DNA of 64,000 nucleotides from Halorutilales archaeon Cl-col2-1 (GTDB lineage Archaea > Halobacteriota > Halobacteria > Halobacteriales > Afararchaeaceae): assembly GCA_041891055.1 (NCBI GenBank), contig CP169074.1, positions 1,152,001 to 1,216,000 on the forward strand, written 5' to 3'. Made by a program: the position numbers and the translations under genes. This document shows positions 29,791 through 39,959 of this stretch, piece by piece (the first letter of the stretch is position 1; the number at the start of each line of letters is the position of its first letter). The notes beneath the pieces are model-generated. The model saw only the letters and a list, made by a program, of their open reading frames with translations, searched no databases and was not told the DNA's origin.

Positions 29791-30794
29791 CAATGAAGGT
29801 AGCACTAGTCGGATTCGGGGCAGTCGGACGTGGATTCGCAGACGTAGTTCTCGAAGACACACCCGTGGACGTCGACGTCGTCTTAGTCGCCGACTCCGAC
29901 ACCGTAACTGTCGACAAGGAGGGTCTCGACCTCGAAGAGGTGAAGGAGACGAAGAAGGAGACGGGCGACGTCGGAGACGGGAAGCCCCTGATGGCGGCGC
30001 TACGCGAGACGGATTACGATGTCTTGGTCGAGGCGACGCCGACGACACTCGGCGACGCAGAGCCCGCATTCTCACACATAACAGCCGCGATACAGAACGG
30101 CGCACACGTCGTGACCTCGAACAAGGGTCCCATAGCGATGAGGTACTCCGAGCTGATGGAAGCCGCAGAAGAAGAGGGCGTCGAGGTACGTATGGAGGGT
30201 GCGGTCGGAGGTGCGATGCCCGTCATAAACACGGTGAGGGAGTCGCTCGCTGGCGACGACGTCTACGCCGCGAGAGGCATACTCAACGGTACGTGTAACT
30301 TCATACTCTCACGGATGCTAGAGGAGGGTCTGTCGTACGAACACGTCCTCGGAGAGGCACAGGACATGGGAATAGCAGAGACAGATCCGACATTCGACGT
30401 CGAGGGTATCGACACCGCGCTCAAATGCGTGATACTCTCGAACGTCCTCTTCGAGGGCGAGAGGACACTCGACGACGTCGACGTCACCGGAATCACCGAG
30501 ATAACACCCGACGCACTCAGGCTCGCCGACGAGTCGGGACACGTAGTAAAGCTCATAGGAGAGGTCACACGTGACGAACTCAAGGTCGAGCCACGGCTCA
30601 TACCCAAGGAGCACTCGCTCGACGTCGGCGGCACACTAAATGTCGTCTCATTCGAGACCGAGTTCGCGGGCGAGATAACCGTCTCCGGAAAGGGGGCGGG
30701 AGACGAGGAGACGGCGAGTGCTCTCGTGAGCGACTTGACGGCGATAGCGAGGAAACACGGCTTCGACGGCGACAGCGATACAGGCGGTGAGTAG
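29787..30794 (+). CDS. hom: Homoserine dehydrogenase
   Basis: GFGAVG, VVTSNKGP, GILNGTCNFIL, DVEGID. Confidence 0.95.
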   Translation: MTMKVALVGFGAVGRGFADVVLEDTPVDVDVVLVADSDTVTVDKEGLDLEEVKETKKETGDVGDGKPLMAALRETDYDVLVEATPTTLGDAEPAFSHITAAIQNGAHVVTSNKGPIAMRYSELMEAAEEEGVEVRMEGAVGGAMPVINTVRESLAGDDVYAARGILNGTCNFILSRMLEEGLSYEHVLGEAQDMGIAETDPTFDVEGIDTALKCVILSNVLFEGERTLDDVDVTGITEITPDALRLADESGHVVKLIGEVTRDELKVEPRLIPKEHSLDVGGTLNVVSFETEFAGEITVSGKGAGDEETASALVSDLTAIARKHGFDGDSDTGGE

Positions 30795-30796
30795 GG

Positions 30797-32155
30797 GTGC
30801 GTGTAGACCTCTCGAACACGTTGGAGGAGAGAGTCGGAGACCACGGTCTATCCGACGATGACCTCGACGAGTTGGACGAGAGTCTCTCGGAGGTACACGA
30901 GACATTACAGAGAGGAAGAGAGGAAGGAAAGTTCGGCTACGCCTTTGCGGATCTCCCGAGACACGTAGACATAGAGGAGATACAGAGGGTCGCCGACGAC
31001 CTCAGAGACGACTTCGGTTTCCTCGTCAACATAGGCGTCGGAGGTAGTGCTCTCGGTGGCGCCGCGCTCACCAACTCACTGAGACCTGACTCTAACGTCT
31101 ACTTCCCCGACAACCTCGACCCTGACCTGATTGGCGAGGTTCTCAACTCAGTGAGCCTCGAAAACACAGTATTCAACGTCGTCTCAAAGAGCGGATCGAC
31201 CGCAGAGACCGCGGCGAACTTCCTAGTTATGAGGGACGAACTCGAAAAAGAGGGTCTCGACTGGAGAGACCACGTCGTCGTGACGACAGGTACGGATGGT
31301 ATTCTGAGGGACCTCGTCGAGAGAGAGGATCTGAGGTCGTTCGAGGTTCCCGAAGACGTCCCGGGACGTTTCTCGGCTCTCTCTCCTGTCGGACTATTCT
31401 CAGCCGCCTTCGCGGGCGCAGATATTGAGAGGATAGTCGAGGGCGCACTCGGAGCGCGCGAGAGATGTTCGGAGGAGTCGGTCTACGATAACCCCGGATA
31501 CGCACTAGGAGGTGTGAGCTATCTCCTCGACACCCGGGGAGACAAGACGATGAGCGTTATGATGCCGTACTCCGAGCGTCTTTTCTCGTTCGTCGAGTGG
31601 TACGCACAGCTCTGGGCGGAGTCACTCGGCAAGAGACGTGAAGACGGCTCGGAGGTCAACGTCGGACAGAGTCCCGTGAAGTCGATGGGGATCACCGACC
31701 AGCACTCACAGCTTCAGCTCTTCGTTGACGGCCCCAACAACAAGCTCATAAACCTCGTGAGGGTGAAGGAGAGTGACTACGAATTCGAGATCCCCGGGGT
31801 CGACGGCAGTTCCGAGGGCGACGACTACCTCGACGACTATTCGTACCTCTCGGGACATAGCCTCTCGGATCTGATGGACGTAGAGCTCAGTGCGATAGAG
31901 GCAGCTCTCGTCGAGTCGAACCGTCCCAACCTGAGTGTCGAACTCGACTCAGTAAACGAGTTCTGCATGGGTGAGCTACTCTACACCTACGAGACAGCAG
32001 TCGTAGCCGCGGCGGAGCTCTACGGAGTCGACGCCTTTGATCAGCCCGGGGTTGAGTTAGGCAAGAAAGCGACCTACTCACTCCTCGACAGAGACGGCTA
32101 CGACGGATACGACGGCTACGTCCGTAACATCGACGAGACCCTCTTTGAGGTCTGA
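30797..32155 (+). CDS. pgi: Glucose-6-phosphate isomerase
   Basis: GVGGSALG, SKSGSTAET, GRFS, AESLGK, DQHSQLQ, FDQPGVELGK. Confidence 0.95.
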   Translation: MRVDLSNTLEERVGDHGLSDDDLDELDESLSEVHETLQRGREEGKFGYAFADLPRHVDIEEIQRVADDLRDDFGFLVNIGVGGSALGGAALTNSLRPDSNVYFPDNLDPDLIGEVLNSVSLENTVFNVVSKSGSTAETAANFLVMRDELEKEGLDWRDHVVVTTGTDGILRDLVEREDLRSFEVPEDVPGRFSALSPVGLFSAAFAGADIERIVEGALGARERCSEESVYDNPGYALGGVSYLLDTRGDKTMSVMMPYSERLFSFVEWYAQLWAESLGKRREDGSEVNVGQSPVKSMGITDQHSQLQLFVDGPNNKLINLVRVKESDYEFEIPGVDGSSEGDDYLDDYSYLSGHSLSDLMDVELSAIEAALVESNRPNLSVELDSVNEFCMGELLYTYETAVVAAAELYGVDAFDQPGVELGKKATYSLLDRDGYDGYDGYVRNIDETLFEV

Positions 32156-32156
32156 T

Positions 32157-32237
32157 GTTACCTTACCCCACCCTACTCGCCCACTCCGTTCGCTCCTTGA
32201 GGCGGGAGGCCCCACCTCGAAAGTGGTGAAGTGAAAC
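32157..32237. mobile_element. Miniature IS200/IS605 end remnant
   Basis: TACCCCACCCTACT...GTTCGCTCCTTGAGG resembles the end of the tnpB element at 8973-9069. Confidence 0.65.
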
Positions 32238-32274
32238 AAGAAAAACCCTTTTTGACCTCTGCGGCTAAGTATCC

Positions 32275-33033
32275 TTGATGAATGAGAACTACAGGCTGAA
32301 GGCATCCGAGACTCTCTCGGTGGTCATGGTGGCTGTGTCGGCATTTCTGATAGGGACTGCGGTGACTGCGTTCACGGGTCTCTTTCTCCGATCAGTCGGA
32401 GTGGGTCTCGAAAGTACGGCGGTTCGTCTGGGTCTCTCGGTTGTTCTCTTACAGGGCGTCTCTTTCGGCGGTGTCGCGTATATCTACCTCCGCCTCAGAG
32501 GTCTCGGTCTCGGATTCATACAAGCACGTCTGCCGAGTCTGAGAGACATAGGATGGGTGGTCGCGGGATTCCTCGGCTTCCTCGCCTCCGTGATGGCGAT
32601 CAGCATAATCCTCAACAGCCTCGGTATAGAGTCGGCTACAAACCGGATACAGTCAGTCGGCGAAGAAAGTCCTGAGGTCTTCCTACTCCTCGTTCCCCTC
32701 TCATTCCTACTGATAGGACCCGGAGAGGAGCTACTATTCCGCGGAGTCGTACAGGGAGTCCTGAGGAGGAGCTTTGACACGGCTCCCGCGATAGGGATAG
32801 CCAGCCTGATATTCTCGGTCGGACACGCGTCGTCTATACAGGGTGGCTTGGAGGGGAAGATCGTCTACCTAGGCGTTGTCTTCGTACTGTCACTCATACT
32901 CGGAGGTCTCTACGAGAGAACCTCGAACCTCGTCGTCCCCGCCCTGATACACGGAGCCTATAACGCTCTCCTCTTCCTCGGGATGTACGTCGCGAGCACA
33001 CGTAACATCGAGATGGCAGTCTCACTATTCTGA
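32275..33033 (+). CDS. CPBP/Abi-family intramembrane metalloprotease
   Basis: EELLFRG, FSVGH, HGAYN. Confidence 0.92.
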   Translation: MMNENYRLKASETLSVVMVAVSAFLIGTAVTAFTGLFLRSVGVGLESTAVRLGLSVVLLQGVSFGGVAYIYLRLRGLGLGFIQARLPSLRDIGWVVAGFLGFLASVMAISIILNSLGIESATNRIQSVGEESPEVFLLLVPLSFLLIGPGEELLFRGVVQGVLRRSFDTAPAIGIASLIFSVGHASSIQGGLEGKIVYLGVVFVLSLILGGLYERTSNLVVPALIHGAYNALLFLGMYVASTRNIEMAVSLF

Positions 33034-33092
33034 TTCGACTAACGTAACGTAACAGTAACAAATTTCAAGTCGAGGCGCGTTAGTTTTCGAGT

Positions 33093-34280
33093 ATGGACAT
33101 AGCAGAGATGGCTTCTACGGAGTTCGACGAGTTCGACACCGACGCGCGTCTATCCAAGATCTCAAGCGCATTCGAGAATGACAACCTCAAGGCTGTCGTC
33201 CTGACCGACGGATCCGACTACAAAGGTATCGTGACCGAGAGACAGCTTATCTCGTCACACATAAAGCCGAAACAGAAGGCGAAGACTGTGATGACACATC
33301 CTTCGAAGGTGGAGAGAACCGAGGACGTGAGGGAGACGGCACGTCTGATGGTCGAGAGCAACTCGAAGGTTCTCCCCGTATTTGAGGGTGGAAGCCTCTA
33401 CGGAATCGTGACCGCTGACACTCTCCTCGGCGAGGTCAACTCACACCTCGATGTGCTCACAGTAGGTCAGATATACAGCCAGAACCTCGTGACCGTAACA
33501 CCCGGAACGACCCTAGGAGAGATAATAAACGACTTCCGCGAGAACGGAATCTCACGCATGCCCGTGATCGAGGACGGAAGCTTAGAGGGAATAGTCACTA
33601 TACACGACGTTATAAACTTCTCGGTACGTGAGATGTCTAAGAGCCAGGGTGGCTCGCCCGGAAGCTTCGCAGACGGAAGGTCACAGGAGTCTCACGGCGG
33701 CTTCGGTTCACGTGAGGGCGGAGAGGACAGGATGCTCGACCTCCCCGCATACGACGTGATGAGCTCCCCCGTGGCGACCACGACACCAGACACCGACGTC
33801 AACGAGGCTGTTGACGAGATGCTAGAGATGGGATACTCGTCTCTCGTCGTGACAGACGACGGAGAGACAGACGGAATTCTCACGAAGACCGATGTACTCC
33901 GGGCGCTGTCGCTCGAAGAGGAGACGCAGATGCAGGTCAGGATAGCCAACATCGACCTCCTCGACGACATGACGAGGGGCGACGTCGTGAACGTGATAGA
34001 GAACGTCTCTGACAAGTACTCCGAGATGCAGGTTCTCGAAGCCCACGTCGACCTTCACAAGCACAAGGAACAGCTCAGAGGGAGTCCTCTGATACTCGCA
34101 CGTCTCCGCCTCTTCACCGACAAGGGACAGTTCGCGGGTACAGGTGAGGGATACGGTGCCGAACACGCCATCCATCTCGCGCGTAACAAGCTGGAAAGGA
34201 ACGTCCTCGACACTAAGGAGTTGCAGAGCGACCAGCAGCAGGCTGAGATGCTCCTCAGAAGGTTCGGAACTGAGATATAG
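33093..34280 (+). CDS. Four-CBS-domain protein with C-terminal HPF/RaiA-like domain
   Basis: Two CBS pairs; C-terminal LEAHVDLHKH...ARLRLFTDKGQFAGTGEGYG...LERNVL. Confidence 0.8.
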   Translation: MDIAEMASTEFDEFDTDARLSKISSAFENDNLKAVVLTDGSDYKGIVTERQLISSHIKPKQKAKTVMTHPSKVERTEDVRETARLMVESNSKVLPVFEGGSLYGIVTADTLLGEVNSHLDVLTVGQIYSQNLVTVTPGTTLGEIINDFRENGISRMPVIEDGSLEGIVTIHDVINFSVREMSKSQGGSPGSFADGRSQESHGGFGSREGGEDRMLDLPAYDVMSSPVATTTPDTDVNEAVDEMLEMGYSSLVVTDDGETDGILTKTDVLRALSLEEETQMQVRIANIDLLDDMTRGDVVNVIENVSDKYSEMQVLEAHVDLHKHKEQLRGSPLILARLRLFTDKGQFAGTGEGYGAEHAIHLARNKLERNVLDTKELQSDQQQAEMLLRRFGTEI

Positions 34281-34289
34281 TCTTAGACT

Positions 34290-34949
34290 CTAGTCCTCTA
34301 CGCCGACTCTCTCGCATTTTTGGGACACGATACAGTCATCGCACGAGGGTGATCTCGGAGTACAGACCTCACGTCCGTGGCGTATAAGAGACAGATGTGC
34401 GTCTCTGAGGTCGAGACCACAGTCGTCACGTAGGTCGAGGAGGAGGTCACGTGTCTTACGTCTCGAAAGACCGTCGGCGACCCCGAGACGGCTCGTAACT
34501 CTCTGGACGTGTGTGTCGACCGGACAGATGTTGGCGTCCGACGAGAAGAGGAGAACGACATCCGCAGTCTTGTGTCCTATCCCCTTGATACTCGTTAGTT
34601 CGTCGTATGCGTCTTCGAAGTCGGAGCTGTCGGCTTCTATCCAGTCGGTACTTCGGTTTCTCTCCTCGACTATGTACCGCGCGGCGTTACGTATGTACTC
34701 CGACTTCGACGGTGCGAGACCCGCGGGACGTATCAGCCTCTCGACCTCCTCGGCGTCGGCTTCGAGTATCTCGTCGGGTGTCTCGTGTTCCTCAACGAGA
34801 CGTTCGTACGCCTCACGCGAGTTATCGTCGGTCGTGTTCTGAGACAGAATCGTCCGGAGTATCACGTTCCACGGCTCCCTCTTCTCAACGGTCGGGTCGT
34901 ACTTGTCGCCGAGATCTTCGAGGACTTTCTTAAAAGTAACACAGTCCAT
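34290..34949 (-). CDS. nth: Endonuclease III-family DNA glycosylase
   Basis: ILSQNTTD, HhH motif IKGIGHKTAD, VDTHVQR, Cx6Cx2Cx5C; likely start ATG 34949. Confidence 0.9.
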   Translation of the reverse strand: MDCVTFKKVLEDLGDKYDPTVEKREPWNVILRTILSQNTTDDNSREAYERLVEEHETPDEILEADAEEVERLIRPAGLAPSKSEYIRNAARYIVEERNRSTDWIEADSSDFEDAYDELTSIKGIGHKTADVVLLFSSDANICPVDTHVQRVTSRLGVADGLSRRKTRDLLLDLRDDCGLDLRDAHLSLIRHGREVCTPRSPSCDDCIVSQKCERVGVED

Positions 34950-35020
34950 CAGACCGTCTTGGAAACAGAGAGACAAAAGATCACCGAAAGCACTAATCCA
35001 CTGACGGTCGATCTTAGTAC

Positions 35021-35980
35021 ATGGCGAGTCTGAGGGAGGAGGTAGAGTCCTACGTCGAAGCACAGATGACCGAGTTCCTCGACTGGGTCGTCAACAGGGT
35101 TCCTGAGATAGTCGCGGGAGTCGTAATCATCCTCATAGGATACAGACTCTCGAAGACCGCAGTGAGCTTCCTTGGACGTCCCGTCTATTCGTGGGTTCAG
35201 CGCGAGAGTATAGCCAAGACGACTCTGCGCCTCGTGAGGTACTCGGTAGTCGCCCTCTCGGTTCTAACTGCGGCGAGGATAGCCTTTGGAATCTCACTCA
35301 CGTCTGTCTTCCTCACGGCGACAGTCTTCTCGGCTGTCCTAGGTATAATACTCGCTCCTCTTGTCGGAGACATAATTAACGGCGTCTTCGTTCTAGGAGA
35401 CCAGCCCTATGAGATAGGGGACATGATAGAGCTCGTCGACACAGGGGAGAAGGGATTCGTCGACGACGTCACGATACGTTACACGAAGATATTCACGATG
35501 GACAACAGCTTTCTGGTGATACCCAACTCGGAGATCAGGAAGAGGGATGTCAACAACTACAGCGCGGGTGACCTACGTACGAGGGACGAGATAGACGTCA
35601 CGGTGAGCTACGAGAGCGACGCCGACAAGGCGAGAGAGATAATGAGGGAGTCAGCGCGTGAGATGCCTGAGGTCATAAGTACCCACGGAAACATACGTAT
35701 AGGACATGCCGAGTACCCCTTATCCCCGCGGTGTCTCATCTCCGAGTTCGGGGATCACGGTATAAGGCTCACACTGAGATACTGGCTACGTGAGCCCTAC
35801 TACATAGCGAGTGTGAAGTCGGAGATAAACCAGAAGGTAAGGAGGAAGTTCGAGAGGGAAGGTGTGGATATACCATACCCACACTCACATCTCGTCATAG
35901 ATGACGAGAGGAACTCAGTCAGTGTCAGAAGAGAGGACGAGGGAGACGAGGACACGGGAGCGACAGACATAGCCGAGTGA
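35021..35980 (+). CDS. MscS-family mechanosensitive channel
   Basis: Three TM helices, PYEIGDMI, IPNS, IPYPH. Confidence 0.92.
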   Translation: MASLREEVESYVEAQMTEFLDWVVNRVPEIVAGVVIILIGYRLSKTAVSFLGRPVYSWVQRESIAKTTLRLVRYSVVALSVLTAARIAFGISLTSVFLTATVFSAVLGIILAPLVGDIINGVFVLGDQPYEIGDMIELVDTGEKGFVDDVTIRYTKIFTMDNSFLVIPNSEIRKRDVNNYSAGDLRTRDEIDVTVSYESDADKAREIMRESAREMPEVISTHGNIRIGHAEYPLSPRCLISEFGDHGIRLTLRYWLREPYYIASVKSEINQKVRRKFEREGVDIPYPHSHLVIDDERNSVSVRREDEGDEDTGATDIAE

Positions 35981-36027
35981 GAGCTGAGAGCGGGTCAGAT
36001 CGAGTGAAAGCCAGTGTCGAAGCAGGG

Positions 36028-36423
36028 TCAAGAGACGACGTGAACCTCGGCGTCGAGACGTTCACGCAAGAACCTCTCTATGTCGGGGTTGTTTCCTATC
36101 ATACGTCTGAGAGCACGTCTCCATCTACCCGTCTGTGTCCTTCCTATAACTATCATGTCAGTGTCACGTGATGCGGCTTCCTGAAGTATCGACTCCTCGA
36201 CGAGGAATCCCTCTCTGACCGAGTAGTCGGCGTCTATACTACCCACCTTCGACTCGACCTCACGTCTGAGGTCGACGGTGTCGACGTCCTTAGAGTCCTG
36301 GAACAGATCTATGTGGAGAACCGTGAGGTTCGCGTCCCTCTCGTCGGCTATCTCAACGGCTCTCTTCAGGGTACTTATGCTGTTGTCCTCAAGAGGGTAA
36401 CGAACAGGGACTATTATATTCAC
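36028..36423 (-). CDS. Universal stress protein
   Basis: IIVPV, LTVLHI, MIVIG. Confidence 0.85.
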   Translation of the reverse strand: MNIIVPVRYPLEDNSISTLKRAVEIADERDANLTVLHIDLFQDSKDVDTVDLRREVESKVGSIDADYSVREGFLVEESILQEAASRDTDMIVIGRTQTGRWRRALRRMIGNNPDIERFLRERLDAEVHVVS

Positions 36424-36494
36424 TAATGGACGTAAGTATCGCGTTTAAAAGAAACTGTCTTTTTAACTGTGCGTCTACTCAGACGTCGCTACTC

Positions 36495-36770
36495 CTACTC
36501 CTCCGAGGATTCGCCTGCGGCGAGTACGACTGACTTCACGAGAGGGACTACTACCCAGAACACGAGGGGTCCAAGAAGCATAACCGCCATCGAGACGTCG
36601 GCGAGAAATACGCCGATGTCGTGGGGTATGCCTATAGTAGGAGGAGCCGCCTCCTCCGGGAAACCAAGCTGGTTCTGGAAATTGGAAGTCTTGAAGAGAC
36701 CCCCGAATATCAGCCAGAGCAGTCCTCCGCCCGTGAACAGTCCACCGCCTATTATGAATTCATCTGCCAT
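36495..36770 (-). CDS. Small membrane protein of the cytochrome b operon
   Basis: MADEF start, two TM segments, operon position. Confidence 0.75.
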   Translation of the reverse strand: MADEFIIGGGLFTGGGLLWLIFGGLFKTSNFQNQLGFPEEAAPPTIGIPHDIGVFLADVSMAVMLLGPLVFWVVVPLVKSVVLAAGESSEE

Positions 36771-37056
36771 TCTTTATCTCCTCGATTGTCTTGAATCTCG
36801 TAGAGAAGACGTAGAGTCCTCCCGCCGCGAGTATGAGTAGAACCCCTACTCCGGTTACTACGTTCGGGTCGCCACGCGCAGGCCAGCCTATCGAACGGTC
36901 TATGAGGTAGAAGCCCGCGAATATCATCGAGACCGAGACGAGGGTAGTGAAGACCGTTGTAGCCTTGTAGGCGCGCTCGGTCACTACGACCTCCCGGGTC
37001 TCGGAACTGGTGTCGGGACTTGAGTCGTCGGTCTGTGTCTTCGTCTGTGTTCGCAT
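36760..37056 (-). CDS. Small membrane protein of the cytochrome b operon
   Basis: REVVV...YKATTVFTTL, two TM segments, YVFSTRF. Confidence 0.75.
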   Translation of the reverse strand: MRTQTKTQTDDSSPDTSSETREVVVTERAYKATTVFTTLVSVSMIFAGFYLIDRSIGWPARGDPNVVTGVGVLLILAAGGLYVFSTRFKTIEEIKNGR

Positions 37057-37116
37057 ACGTCTTCTCTTTCGAGTTTATTTTTAATGTTGGTGTGTTTTCG
37101 GTCTGTGCTCCACGGA

Positions 37117-38040
37117 CTACCTGAGACGGTAGTATCTCCTGTTGAGGTCGTACATGTACCCCTTCTGGAAGCTCTTGAGTATCGGATACGTCACGAGCGC
37201 CGCCGCGACGGGAAGGAGGAACGTGAGGTCGAAGAGTAACGACGTACTCATCGTGAAGCCGAATATGGGGTAGCTCACAACGAGGTTCTTCACGGCGAGA
37301 ACGCTTATGGTGAAGGCGAAGACTACGCCTCCTACCCCGAGCGACGCCCAGAACGGCTCCTCGACGGGTCTACGTGCGGTTCCCGGGTTGAGGAACGGCA
37401 GGACGGCTATGATACCCACGACGACTATGTTTGCCAGGACTCCGTAGGTTCTGTCTGGCATTATGGGCTTACCGCCAAGTATCGCGAGCGGTGGGTTGAT
37501 CGGACCCAGCTTGAGGAGTCCGAACGACCAGTAGAGGTACCAGTCAGGGAGTATTATGAAGGGCGTCTGACTCAGGTTAGCGGGCTCTGCTATGTGTGGC
37601 GGAAGCATCGCCGCGAGGAGTATCATTACTCCCGAGAAGAACGACGCAAGCGATAGGTTACGCACCATCTCGTGGGGCCAGAAGGGCTGAAGGGATACCT
37701 CTCGGTACCTCTTCTGATCCATGACCCTGTTCTTCTCGCGTTTCGACCTCTCGAAGAACTCGTAGGTCAGCTTCGCGAGACCCGACGTATTTTCTTTCCT
37801 GTCCTCGAAGGTCGGGACATCCTCGGCGTAGTCGGTCTCCTCAAGTGCGGCGAGTCTGTCCTGTAGATCCTCTAGCTCGTCAAGCTTATCCTCTATCTCG
37901 TCCTCCGACATCTCGGCGAGTATACCTTCCTCGCCTTCTTGTTCCTCACCGCCGTCGGGAACCCTCAAGAGTTCCTCATCTTCAAAGTCGTCGGCTTGTG
38001 TTTGGTTTTCTTGTTTGTCTTTGTCCATGTTATGTTTCAC
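37117..38040 (-). CDS. petD: Cytochrome b/b6 C-terminal subunit (subunit IV-like)
   Basis: FWPHE, ILPDWYLYW (PEWY equivalent), VLPFL. Confidence 0.9.
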   Translation of the reverse strand: MKHNMDKDKQENQTQADDFEDEELLRVPDGGEEQEGEEGILAEMSEDEIEDKLDELEDLQDRLAALEETDYAEDVPTFEDRKENTSGLAKLTYEFFERSKREKNRVMDQKRYREVSLQPFWPHEMVRNLSLASFFSGVMILLAAMLPPHIAEPANLSQTPFIILPDWYLYWSFGLLKLGPINPPLAILGGKPIMPDRTYGVLANIVVVGIIAVLPFLNPGTARRPVEEPFWASLGVGGVVFAFTISVLAVKNLVVSYPIFGFTMSTSLLFDLTFLLPVAAALVTYPILKSFQKGYMYDLNRRYYRLR

Positions 38041-38043
38041 CTC

Positions 38044-38847
38044 TCAGTGTGGCTCAGCTATTCCCTGTACCCAGACGATCCAGACGTGGACGGCTATAAG
38101 ACCCGTGACGGCGAGTGGGAGGAGGAAGACATGGAGTATGTACATCCTCATGAGTGTGCTTCCCGACGGCGTGAATCCGCCGAAGAGAAGCTGTGCGGTC
38201 CACTCACCTATCACGGGTATCGAGAGCGCCATCTCGACTCCGATCTGTGAAGCCCAGACAGAAAGCTGATCCCACGGGAGAAGGTATCCCGAGTATCCGA
38301 AGACCATCGTGAGCGATATCAAGATTATTCCGATGAGCCAGTTGATCTCACGCGGCTCCTTGTAGGCACCCGTGAAGTAGACACGGAGCATATGGAGGAA
38401 GACCGCTGCGACCATAATCTGGGCACTCCACCGGTGTAACGACCGGAGGAAGAGACCGAAGTTGAGCTCGGTCATTATGAAGCTTATAGAGCTGTACGCC
38501 TGCGTGACCGCGCCCGTCGCACCCTCGGCACCCGGTGCGTAGTAGAGTCCGAGTATCGCTCCGGTTACGGCGGCAAATAGGTACGCGAGTATCGAGAAGC
38601 TACCGAGCGCGTAGAGCGGGTACCAGTACCAGAACTTGTTGTCGAGCTCGTACTGCTGTGTGTGTGAAGTCGGAAGCTGGAGGTACGTCTTGTAGTAGAG
38701 GTTCTCCATCGTCTCCATGTAGTCAACGAGCCCGAGGCGTTTGTCGAGGTACGCGAGGCTCCTCAGGTAGCCGCTCTCGAACGTCGACAGCTCCTTCTCC
38801 TTGTCACGTATCCAGTCGGAGTGGTCGGGTAGATCCTCTCGTTTCAT
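38044..38847 (-). CDS. petB: Cytochrome b6-like subunit
   Basis: Four heme His (LHRW...LHMLR, LHVF...VHVW), GYLLPWDQ. Confidence 0.93.
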   Translation of the reverse strand: MKREDLPDHSDWIRDKEKELSTFESGYLRSLAYLDKRLGLVDYMETMENLYYKTYLQLPTSHTQQYELDNKFWYWYPLYALGSFSILAYLFAAVTGAILGLYYAPGAEGATGAVTQAYSSISFIMTELNFGLFLRSLHRWSAQIMVAAVFLHMLRVYFTGAYKEPREINWLIGIILISLTMVFGYSGYLLPWDQLSVWASQIGVEMALSIPVIGEWTAQLLFGGFTPSGSTLMRMYILHVFLLPLAVTGLIAVHVWIVWVQGIAEPH

Positions 38848-39218
38848 GTCTTCCTCTCAAAGGGTGAGCTCGACTTCTTGAACTCTTCTTCGAGTCGGTC
38901 ACGGAGGCTGTGCCCATCGGCGTCGTCCTCGGCGACCCAGATGTCCTCGTACTTCTTTCTCCTCTTCTTGAGGACGAGGACATCAGGGAGGAACTCGATC
39001 TTGTAGACCATGAGTATGAACGCGAGGTCTATGAAGATGAAGGCGAGTATTCCTCCGAGGAACATGTTTGCAGCCTCCGACGTTGCGCCTGAACTTATTC
39101 CCCAGATGAAGAAGCCCACGAGGACGAACTCGATCAGCGTCAGAACCGATATCGCGATCATCCCTACGAGGCTTTCCCTGGGAGGTTCGTAACGTTGTAT
39201 ATCTCCGTACTTTCCCAT
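38844..39218 (-). CDS. Small membrane protein of the cytochrome b operon
   Basis: YGDIQRYEPPRES, two TM segments, KKRRKKYED. Confidence 0.75.
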   Translation of the reverse strand: MGKYGDIQRYEPPRESLVGMIAISVLTLIEFVLVGFFIWGISSGATSEAANMFLGGILAFIFIDLAFILMVYKIEFLPDVLVLKKRRKKYEDIWVAEDDADGHSLRDRLEEEFKKSSSPFERKT

Positions 39219-39224
39219 CTTTTA

Positions 39225-39959
39225 TCACCTGTCTCTCTGATCCGTGTGTTCGGGGCTGTCGGCGTACTTGAGGAAGAAGAACGAGTAGACGACAGAAGTC
39301 AGGACGGCGAAGATGGCTCCGATCCCCACGAAATGAGCCTGGTACGGCACACCGAGTTCGTGTAAGGCTACTCCGCCCTCGCCGCCTTCACCGCCTCCTG
39401 CTTCGCCGCCGCCTCCACCGCCTCCGCCGCCACCGCCTCCGTCACCGCCTCCTGAGAACTGAGAGAACGAGACGGAGCCCTCGTCGACGATCGTCTGACT
39501 CTCTGGGACGTCGCCGTCAGCTGGCATGCTTCCGTCAGCGGGACCTCCGGGCTCGCCGACGACTATCCTTCCGACCATCCCTAGCGACTTGTGTGGTATG
39601 CAGAAGTAGTCGTACGTACCCGGCGTCTCGAATGTGTGTGAGAACGACTCGCCCTGTCCGCTTATAGTCCCTGAGTCCCATGCGCTCGCCCCCTCAGGAA
39701 TCCTATCTTCGTACGCAGTCGACGAGTGGGCACCGCTCTCTATCACGAACTCGACGGTGTCTCCCTCTTCTACGTGGAGTCCTATCGGATCGAAGTAGTA
39801 GGTCGTTCCTTCGGTGTACATTCCGACCTGTGTCGCGCCGTCCTGTGCCGACGCCTCGCGCGATACACCCGCCGCCGTGGCACCTGCACCCGCAGCGGTA
39901 GCCGCAGCCATCGTCATGAAGTCACGTCTCTTTACTCCCATCGTATCACCCTCTCCCAA
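39225..39959 (-). CDS. Halocyanin-type blue copper protein with Tat signal and C-terminal anchor
   Basis: KRRDFM, copper ligands H...CIPHKSLGM, poly-Gly linker, TM helix. Confidence 0.9.
   Translation of the reverse strand: MGEGDTMGVKRRDFMTMAAATAAGAGATAAGVSREASAQDGATQVGMYTEGTTYYFDPIGLHVEEGDTVEFVIESGAHSSTAYEDRIPEGASAWDSGTISGQGESFSHTFETPGTYDYFCIPHKSLGMVGRIVVGEPGGPADGSMPADGDVPESQTIVDEGSVSFSQFSGGGDGGGGGGGGGGGGEAGGGEGGEGGVALHELGVPYQAHFVGIGAIFAVLTSVVYSFFFLKYADSPEHTDQRDR

Noticed and set aside
39375-39452. GCC/CCG-rich repeat
   Set aside because: Encodes the poly-Gly linker of the halocyanin.
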